From positions 7,998,001 through 8,062,000 of the forward strand of contig NC_043014.1 of assembly GCF_006345805.1 (NCBI RefSeq): a stretch of DNA of 64,000 bases. The letters are read 5' to 3'. The stretch comes from Octopus sinensis (lineage: Eukaryota). Position numbers and translations under genes: made by a program. The notes below the pieces were generated by a model. That model was not told where the DNA came from. It made no database searches and worked only from the letters and a program-made list of their open reading frames with translations. This document shows, one piece after another, positions 55,295-64,000 of the stretch; the stretch's first letter is position 1; every line of letters starts with the position of its first letter.

Positions 55295-55715
55295 TTTCAG
55301 ATCCAATCAACAAAAACCCCTTGGTGATGGCAATATATCATATTTTCCTCCGTGAACACAATAGGATAGTCGATAAAATGACTGTATTTGGTCATGATGA
55401 TCCCCTGGGAGCAGCAAAGAAGTTGATGATTGGAATATTACAGCATATTACTTACAACGAATATTTACCACTGCTGATTGGTGAAAACTTATCAGCTGGT
55501 GCTTACGATGACAAGCTCTTACCTATCATTTATAATTCATTTTCGGTTGCCTATGAATTAGCATTGGCTTCAATGTCGAGAGAAAATGTACAAACTTCTG
55601 ACGGTAAGAAAAAATTGAACGAAATGCTGAACGACGCAACACTTGTGGACACAGAACCCGAGTTGAAAGGTATCATCTCAGGAATGCTGATGGAAGCCAG
55701 TTTATATATCAACAG
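55295..55715 (+). CDS. Peroxidase-like gene exon 10 (core, proximal haem region)
   Basis: IFLREHNRI, QHITYNEYLPLLIG, YD...P.I.NSFSVA. In-frame alternative acceptor at 55301. Confidence 0.95.
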
Positions 55716-56109
55716 GTAAATCTATACTATTTCACCAACATCCAATTTTCCGAATTCAAATTCTAGCAGAGTACACCGTTCTTTTATTTCACCGTCTATT
55801 AAATAAATACCACTTTGAATTCATGTGTCTATGTATGTAGGTAAATATGTATGTGTATATGTTTTTGCGTGTGTCTCATTGATTATCTGTCAAATTGTTA
55901 TAATGTTACTGGATGACATCATGGTTCGATCACTGGTCAAAATATTTTGTTCGTTTACGCCGTTTTACGTTCTATCATAGAAAACTTTACATGTTACATT
56001 TCGTGGGGTGATAAAATAAACAGTAAACCAAGATAAATTTAATTGTTATATGTCTCCTCCAGAACGTGTGGTGTCTTACCAATCATAGAAATTATGTGTC
56101 TAATCATAG

Positions 56110-57021
56110 AAATTATAAGCCAGGGATGTTGAACCGTAAAAACATCCAGTGAGTTTTACTCATACATATCGAAACTAATCGATTTGATATAAGTATACAT
56201 TAATCTGACTATATCGCATGTGCGAAAATATATACCCAAAATCTCTCAATAATTATTAATCCACTCAACAGCACAATACTTAATTATCATTAAATCAAGG
56301 TAAGAGATAAAGGATTTACACTACACTAACAGCATATATATATATTGTTACGAATTTATTATTTTCTTTTCCGATATTTTTGTTTCTGTTTATTTTTTCC
56401 AGCGCAGTACCCTGTAGTTTTCGGGACAATTGCAAACATTCCGATATAGTGTCAGTCCTAACCCAAGACTCGCGTTTTTTGTCAATAACACCCTACATAG
56501 TTTGGATAGCATTGTTGAATGGAACTACAGTCGGCGATTTTCCAGATCTGCTCTTCCACGACAACTCGGAAATCACCAAGCTTAGCAATTTGTACAAGTG
56601 AGTGGAAATTGTTGTTTTTTACATGTTTAAACCGTTATAGTTTTTAAAAATACTAGTGAAACTGTTGTAACTTACCAGTTACAACATTTTTTTTTATATT
56701 CCCAAGAGAAAACAAATTCTGATTTCAACTACCCGTTGTGTTTAAACTATAATTAAGGAAACCTTATAATAGAGTTGAAAAATTATAAGCCAGGGATGTT
56801 GAACCGTAAAAACATCCAGTTAGTTTTACTCATACATATCGAAACTAATCGATTTGATATAAGTATACATTAATCTGACTATATCGCATGTGCGAAAATA
56901 TATACCCAAATTCTCTCAATAATTATTAATCCACTCAACAGCACAATACTTAATTATCATTAAATCAAGGTAAGAGATAGCGGATTTACACTACACTAAC
57001 AACATATATATACATATTGTT
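56110..57021. repeat. Near-identical ~240-bp direct repeats (56110-56349 and 56780-57021) bracketing exon 11
   Basis: aattataagccagggatgttgaacc...ctacactaaca.catatata occurs twice, 670 bp apart. Confidence 0.92.
56403..56597 (+). CDS. Peroxidase-like gene exon 11
   Basis: DIVSVLTQDSRFLSITPYIVW aligns with DL.ALNMQRSRDHGLPGYN.W. Also F.DL and L..LY. 195 nt, phase 2/2. Confidence 0.9.
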
Positions 57022-57443
57022 CTCAAACCGGCAGTAAATTATTTAGGCAGTATTTACATCCGGCGATTTAGCGCACCAGAATGAGGGCATTTGAATGTAA
57101 CTGTGAATCTAATCGGCTGTACCGTTCGTCTCTGTTCAACATCGTGTGAATTTTGCCGTTCGGTTCGACAAATTATATTCTGACGATTCGAAAATACTTA
57201 TGTAAGTAAAATTACATAATCTATTACCGATTAAACAATTGTATAGAGTTAATCTATTTTTTCGTTATTTTTCATTTGTCCTGCTCGCTTACATTCTTGG
57301 CGTGTTGAATTAATTCTTGAGAATAATTCTTTGGTGGCGGATCTATATCTAGTGTTAGAGCGTCCACATAGTGGACTCTCTCTTATTGTTTTGTATGTAT
57401 ATATATATATATGTATGTTTATAAGAATGTTTCAATTTTACAG

Positions 57444-57604
57444 ATACGTCTATGACATTGACTTCCTAAGCGGCGCTTTCACAGAGACCGTTGCAAATGA
57501 TAAACCAGCTGGACCAACACTATTGTTACTTTTGAGAAGTCAATTCGCTTTATTACGAAACTCTGACAGGTTTTTCTTTGAAAATCCCACTGTATTCAAA
57601 GAAA
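57444..57604 (+). CDS. Peroxidase-like gene exon 12
   Basis: DIDFLSGAFTE, GPT, QF.LLRNSDRFFFENP align with DIDLW.GG..E, GP, QF..LR.GDRFW.EN. Confidence 0.95.
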
Positions 57605-57964
57605 GTAAGTTATAAGATGATTTATCATTATTGCTTGACTTTACTTAATTTTCTGCTGCTATTTACGACATTGGGCAAATGTATACAAAACCTTTGTTAA
57701 TGAGACGTTTTGATAATCCCGTTTCGATGTGTCATCGTCTTGTCATTCTCTTTTTATATATTTTTCTTTCACGTTACACTAACATTTTCTGATACAGATG
57801 TCCAATTTTGAAATATAATTATAAAATTCCACGAAAGAAGGCGTCGTTGATACTATAGTTGGCATTATATTATTAGTCTTTTGTGACTGATTCCATGAAG
57901 ATAACAGATAAATCACAGATTCCCGATAGAAATTGAACTGAAAAGATCATAATAAATAACTATA

Positions 57965-58512
57965 TATTTATTTATTACCCAACGAGGGCTAGACATAGGG
58001 GGGGGAAACAAGGACAGACAAAGAGATTGAGTCGAGTATATCGACCCCAGTGCGTAACTGGTACTTATTTAATCGACCCCGACAGGATGAAAGGCAAATT
58101 TGATCTCGGCGGAATATGAACTCAGAACACATCGGCAGACGAAATACCTATTTCTTTATTACCCACAAGGGGCTAAACACAGAGGGGACAAACAAGGACA
58201 GACATAGGTATTAAGTCGAGTACATCGACCCCAGTGCGTAACTGGTACTTAATTTATCGACCCCGAAAGGATGAAAGGCAAAGTCGACCTCGGCGGAATT
58301 TGAACCCAGAACGTAACGGCAGACGAAATACGGCTACGCATTTCGCCGGCGTTTTAACGTTTCTGCCAGCTCGCCGCCTTTCTGCCAGCTCGCCGCCTTT
58401 CTGCCAGCTCGCCGCCTTTCTGCCAGCTCGCCGCCTTATCCGCCTTATCGGCAGACGAAATACCGCAACGCATTTCGTTCGCCGTGCTAACGATTCTGCC
58501 AGTTCGCCGCCC
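57965..58512 (-). mobile_element. SINE family A dimer plus four 19-bp tandem copies of the SINE 5' end
   Basis: Junction at 58141. (ttctgccagctcgccgcct)x4 at 58361-58437. Confidence 0.85.
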
Positions 58513-58771
58513 TGTAACTGATGGAATGTTGCAGGTCATTTAGTCTGACTCTCTGCAGTCTCGTTGCTCATGTAAACGTTGAAATGAAAAAAGATTTCCA
58601 CAATTTTTACTGAAAAGAAGTAAATATATTTAGGTTTCATATAAACAACTTAATATCACACTATTATATTTTTTTACCTTCCTTAAACATGAAATAGTCT
58701 CATGATGTGTATGGATGCCATACAGTTATATTCATCTCCTACAAAAGATCTTGTGATTGTAAAAATTAATA

Positions 58772-58933
58772 GGCGCAGCGTCGCTGTGTGGTAAAAAGCT
58801 TGCTTCCCAACCACATGGTTCCGGGTTCAGTCCCACTGCGTGGCACCTTGGGCAAGTGTCTTCTGCTATAGCCTCGGGCCGACCAAAGCCTTGTGAGTGG
58901 ATTTGGTAGACGGAAACTGAAAGAGCCCGTTGC

Positions 58934-58972
<39 letters not shown>

Positions 58973-59150
58973 TCCACCCACCCACCATCGCTTGACAACC
59001 GATGTTGGTGTGTTTAGATCCGTAACTTAGCGGTCCGGCAAAAGAGCCTGATAGAATAAGTACTAGACTTTCAAAGAATGAGTCCTGGGATCGATTTGTT
59101 CGACTAAAGGCGGTGCTCCAGCTGTCAAATGACTGAAAACTAAGCGAATA
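58772..59150 (+). mobile_element. SINE family B
   Basis: Same structure as the 38241 copy. Confidence 0.85.
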
Positions 59151-59524
59151 AATGTATGACACGAATACTGAACCAATGTTGAGTCAATTCAACGAACCAT
59201 CCCTAACGTGATTACAGATCTGTTAGAAATAGCAGCAATATTTCGCTTCATTCAAACTACTCCAACTTAAACGACACAAATCGTTGTTTACGATGGCTAA
59301 CGAAATAGCTGCGATGGTCATTACTAGACTGACTATATTTCTTTTGCCTTTCATCCTTTCAGATCGATTAAATATGTACCAGTTACGCACTGAGGTCGAG
59401 GAAATCGACATAATCCCTTTGTCTGTCCTTGTTTGTCCCGTGTATGTTTAGCCCCCTATGGGAAATAAAGAAATAAATACCTCAATTTCGATACTCTAAA
59501 GACTTTACAAATAAATAAATAAAT

Positions 59525-59764
59525 GCGCCCCTTTTAAAGCCTAGCCAGGCTCATGGGCCCGGTTTCTATGGCGTATGTGTTCTCCAGCTGGACGGGACGC
59601 CAGTCCATCGCAGCGTTACTCATTTTTGCTAGCTAAGTGGACTGGAGCAACGTGAAATAAAGTGTTTTGCTCAAGAACACAACGTGGCGCCCAGTCCAGG
59701 AATCGAAACCACAATCTTACGATCATGGTGCTGACACCCTAACCACTAAGCCACGCGCCTCCAC
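59525..59764 (-). mobile_element. SINE family C
   Basis: Reverse-complement match to 36571-36812. Confidence 0.8.
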
Positions 59765-60320
59765 TCCTCTAAAGACTTTGCCAATCCACTATTCTAACAC
59801 CAATAAGAATATGAATAATCCTTTCTACTACTGTGGCGAGTATTATGACAGCCACTGCGAGAATAGACTTGACTGAACGACTATAAACAGTAGCGGTCTG
59901 AGTGAGAGATACAGGGAGTAGGCGTGAATTGCCGGAAGTCGTTAGTTGTCGTTTCTGTAGTTTGTCGGAATACCACTTGTTGGCTTGTGTATAGTACGTG
60001 GAGAGTTTGTTGGATTGCTAGGTTATTGTTATCCTGTTTCATATGTTTTATTGTTACTACAAGGTGAGAGTGTAGACAAGTATCGTCATTAATAGTTGGC
60101 GACGACTAACTACGTTACAATATCTACTATATGCACAAAGCCTCAATTTGCGGGTAGAGGGTAAGTCAATTATACCCAGTGTTCAATTGGTACTTATTTT
60201 ATTGACCCCGAAAGGATAAAAGGTGAAGCTGACTTAGGCGAAATTTGAATTAAGTCTAATGTCTTGTCCGTTCGAATAAGAAAGCCCCACAAATTATTAT
60301 TATTATTAGTAGTAGTAGTA

Positions 60321-60379
<59 letters not shown>

Positions 60380-60380
60380 A

Positions 60381-60785
60381 GGCGGCGAGCTGGCAGAAAC
60401 GTTGGCACGCCGGGCGAAATGCGTTGCGGTATTTCGTCTGCCGTTACGTTGTGAGTTCAAATTCCGCCGAGGTCGACTTTGCCTTTCATCCTTTCGGGAT
60501 CGATAAATTAAGTACCAGTTATGCACTGGGGTCGATGTAATCGACTTAATCCGTTTGTCAGTCATTGTTTGTCTTCTCTGTGTTTAGCCCCTTGTGGGTA
60601 GAAAAGAAATAGTTTTTTTCTTCTGCCGCTACTTTCTGAGTTCAGATTCTGCCGAGGTCGACTTTACTTTGCCTTTGAACATTTCGGGATCGATTAAATA
60701 AGTACCAGTTGAACACTGGGGTCGATATAATCGATTCATCCCCTCCCCCCAAAATTGCTGCCCTTGTGGCAAAATTTGAAGTCAT
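60381..60785 (+). mobile_element. SINE family A dimer after a (TAG)n run
   Basis: Full head at 60381. A second, headless unit starts after the gaaatag tail at about 60612. Confidence 0.82.
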
Positions 60786-61511
60786 TATTATTGTTGTTGT
60801 TGTATATTGTAGTTTACTTGGTGGTATGTCCTCCTTGTAAAGATACTTCAACGTTGGAAAGATTCGATGCGGGCGGGAAGGAAGCATGCTTTCGCGTGTA
60901 TCCATGTATTTGCTTGTGTTTGGAAGAGTAAGAGAGAGGGAGAGAAATAGTGAACAAGTTATGATGAATATTTTCCTGGGAGATGAGTTTTTGTTGTTGT
61001 AGTTATTATTGATGCTGTTATTAATGTTGCTACTGCTTTTGGTCGGTGCTTCTATTGTTATTTTTTTTTCCTTCTCTACTGTTGCTATTACTGTTGTACG
61101 CTACTGTTATTGCTCGAGCTATGGTGTTGGGAGACATAGGGTCAACTTTCTCTTGTTTTTGGGGGTTTTTTTTTCGTTTTTGATGAGGACATATATCTGA
61201 AATGACCTGTACCACACAAGTGGAATCTTGCCTTTCTACCATCAGCAACAGTGCGCAAATCCACTCAACTGAGCCCGAAGATAACTTTTGGAATCTTTTC
61301 CCCATCTCCGGTCTGATCTGGATGAGGATCTTCCCCGTGTTCTTATGCTAACACACTCTATCCGTTCATATCATTTCGAGAAGAATGACATTGCCGGAAC
61401 CTCGGTGGATCTCTTTCTATCTTAACGGGACAGCACATTGGTGTGATGAAGTACTTCAGCTCAGCGTGAGGGGTTTCTCTTGAAGCTAACGTCCAGAATT
61501 TCTTTGCCCTG

Positions 61512-61886
61512 GCCTTATGATCTATATGTGTCCATATTTCTTTCATGGCACTTTTTAGTGACGGGCAAAAGCGGTGATACGCGCCTAAGGACGGGTTTTA
61601 GCTGACATAGAGCAATACACTATTGTCTTCCTGGAAGTCGCCGCCAAAACCTCGACTGAGATGTTCTATTCTCTTATTCACCATCAGAAGCCCTTTCGCC
61701 TTATGATCTATATGTGTCCATATTTCTTTCATGGCACTTTTTAGTGACGGGCAAAAGCGGTGACACGCGCCTAAGGACGGGTTTTAGCTGACATAGAGCA
61801 ATACACAATTGTCTTCCTGGAAGTCGCCGCCAAAACCTCGACTGAGATGTTCTATTCTCTTATTCACCATCACAAGCCCTTTCGCC
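61512..61886. repeat. 186-bp tandem duplication (two copies)
   Basis: gccttatgatctatatgtgtcc... starts at 61512 and 61698, with only a few mismatches. Confidence 0.92.
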
Positions 61887-62469
61887 TGCGTTATGTGTGC
61901 CACGTTTTCGTTTAAGAGATAGGGAAGCATAGTGAGGATTTCACAGCTATCACAGCAAAAGATTGCTTGCTTTTACAGTCACTCTCTACTTTATCGTTAT
62001 TCTTTTTTGTTGCTGCTGTTACTGTTGACGTTGATGTTGTCGCTGTCGTCGTAATTGATACTGCTGTTGTCGTCACGTTTGCTGTTATTGCTACGGGTGT
62101 CTTTGCTACTTGTGTTTAGAGGAGTTGTCATTACAATTGCTATTCTTGCTGATGTTGTTCCCTTGTAAATCTAAAGCTTGTAGTGTGAAAACATTTTGAT
62201 GTTCCCTTTTCAAGGATAGTGGGTCTTGTTGTCGCCGCGATTCCAGGCACACGAAAAACATCCGAAAGCAAATAAATACTATAAAAAATGTGTTTTTTAG
62301 GGCAGAATTTGGCAGTCTCACTCTTTACCTAGCGATATAGGATTCTCTTTTTAAAATGTTAAGAAAGATTTGCAACAGTAAACAAATTATATCCAACAAA
62401 ATTTACATATCTGCTGAACGTCCAACACAAATGCTGTTGGTGCTGCTACTGCTACAACTACTGCTACAA

Positions 62470-62762
62470 CCAAAATGCAAATATATGGGAAACTACCACC
62501 TGTGTCATCTCTTGTGAAAGGTAGGAGAATCCAGTTTGCTGGACATTGTTGTAGAGCTGAAAAAGAGGTAATTTCTACTCTCCTCCTCTGGAAGCCATCT
62601 ACCCGCAATACCAAAGGGCGCACACTCTCCTACCCTGATGTAATCTCCAGGGATACAGGCATCCAGCAACAGGACCTCCGTAATGCCATGATGGACCGTG
62701 AAGTCTGGCGTAGCATGGTAAATTCCATTGTCTCGACCACGGTCGTACAATGATGATGATGA
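62470..62762 (+). mobile_element. RTE-clade LINE 3' end, 5'-truncated
   Basis: Near-identical to 41670-41972, with a (TGA)n tail. Confidence 0.88.
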
Positions 62763-63357
62763 CAACTACTACCACTACTAGTATCTTTATGGTCTAGGTT
62801 CATAATCCACCATGGTCTACTTTGCCTCTCTTTCTTTAAGAGTTGATAAAAGAAGTTCCTGTCAAGTACTGGGATCAAAGTAATCGACTATCCTGCCTCC
62901 CAAAGTGCTAAGTCTTGTGTCTACAGTTGAAAGAATTATTAACTGCTATTTAAACATTTCCAGGGTTTCAGTAAAAAGATAAGGTGACATATTTACAGAG
63001 ACGGGATTTGTAGTTGAATGAACTGATCTTCATACGTGCATTCAATTCTCTTTTTTTTTTAGAGGATAGATGGAATAATGGATTCAGGCACGACTTAATT
63101 CCAGAACGTAAGAGAAAGTAACATAAACATTAGATATTGCTGCTATTATAATGAATATAAATGATCTTGTTTGATTAAATAAAATAGAAAGAGTTTTAAT
63201 ACTGCTAAATTAGTGTCATCATTGTTTTGTTTGAAATTGCAGGAACTGGGGTGAAAAAGAATTTGCCACTTGTCTTTCTAAGTTTTCTTTTTGGTCTCTA
63301 TTTCATTTTTGTATGTAATATTTGTGTATTCTGTAATGATATGAATTATACTCTCTC

Positions 63358-63575
63358 TCTTTTACTCTTTTACTTGTTTCAGTCATTTGACTGCGGCCAT
63401 GCTGGAGCACCGCCTTTAATCGAGCAACTCGACCCCGGGACTTATTCTTTGTAAGCCCAGTACTTATTCTATCGGTCTCTTAGGCCGAACCACTAAGTGA
63501 AGGGGACATAAACACACCAGCATCGGTTGTCAAGCAATGCTAGGGGACAAACACAGACACACAAACATACATGCT

Positions 63576-63623
<48 letters not shown>

Positions 63624-63784
63624 TACGACGGGCTTCTTTCAGTTTCTGTCTACCAAATCCACTCACAAGGCTTTGGTCGGCCCGAGGCTATAGTAGAAGA
63701 CACTTGCCCAAGGTGCCACGCAGTGGGACTGAACCCGGAACCATGTGGTTGGTAGACAAGCTACTTACCACACGGCCACTCCTG
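63358..63784 (-). mobile_element. SINE family B
   Basis: Same structure as the 23286 copy. Confidence 0.85.
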
Positions 63785-63855
63785 TAGTTTTTTTTTTTCT
63801 TTGTAATTCGATGTTCTACAATTTCTTTTCACCTTTATTTCATTTCATATTTCAG

Positions 63856-63955
63856 AGCAACTTCAAGAGATAAAAAAAGTGACTATGGCTAATCTCTTGT
63901 GTCGTAACATAGATAGCTTAGGTACAGTGAAAACAAATGCTTTTGATATGAATTC
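63856..63955 (+). CDS. Peroxidase-like gene exon 13 (gene continues past the window)
   Basis: QLQEIKKVTMANLLCRN...V..NAF aligns with QL.EIRK.SLAR.ICDN...VQ..AF. ttcag|...|gtaagt, no stop codon yet. Confidence 0.92.
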
Positions 63956-64000
63956 GTAAGTATTCACTTCATCATTATAAGCAATAATGATTATTTTTAA

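Noticed and set aside
45802-55569. A-to-I editing restoring peroxidase activity
   Set aside because: Editing could turn the Lys codons into Glu, but TTT (distal His site), GCT (proximal His site) and CCA (Arg site) cannot become His or Arg by A-to-G changes.
55321-55719. Stand-alone 132-aa gene, as listed in the ORF track
   Set aside because: It is exon 10 of the spliced gene. The apparent start and stop come from reading without splicing.
23467-63787. Recurrent ORFs RASFSFRLPNPLTRLWSARGYSRRHLPK and MRNWYLIYRPRKDERQSRPRR
   Set aside because: They are antisense readings of SINE families B and A, not a protein family.

Overview
AT-rich, microsatellite-dense eukaryotic DNA. The SINE repertoire points to an octopus/coleoid cephalopod (inference). 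Most of the window is TE debris: CR1/L2-type and RTE LINE fragments, a DD37D maT element, a DD34E Tc1 element, a piggyBac remnant, a MITE with an 8-bp TSD, non-autonomous Helitrons, a solo LTR, several tRNA-derived SINE families and Penelope-like remnants. The ORF track shows only disconnected fragments of the main host gene. It is a + strand gene with 13 coding exons (31362 to beyond 63955) that splice through GT-AG sites in matching phases into an uninterrupted ORF of about 517 codons. The product is a secreted animal haem-peroxidase-fold protein. By manual motif alignment it has lost the distal His, Arg and Gln, both haem-ester acids, the proximal His and its Asn partner, but keeps the Ca2+ site, so it is a candidate pseudo-peroxidase. 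A diverged paralogous copy of its 5' end (promoter plus exons 1-4) lies upstream at 22.2-24.5 kb, before an assembly gap.
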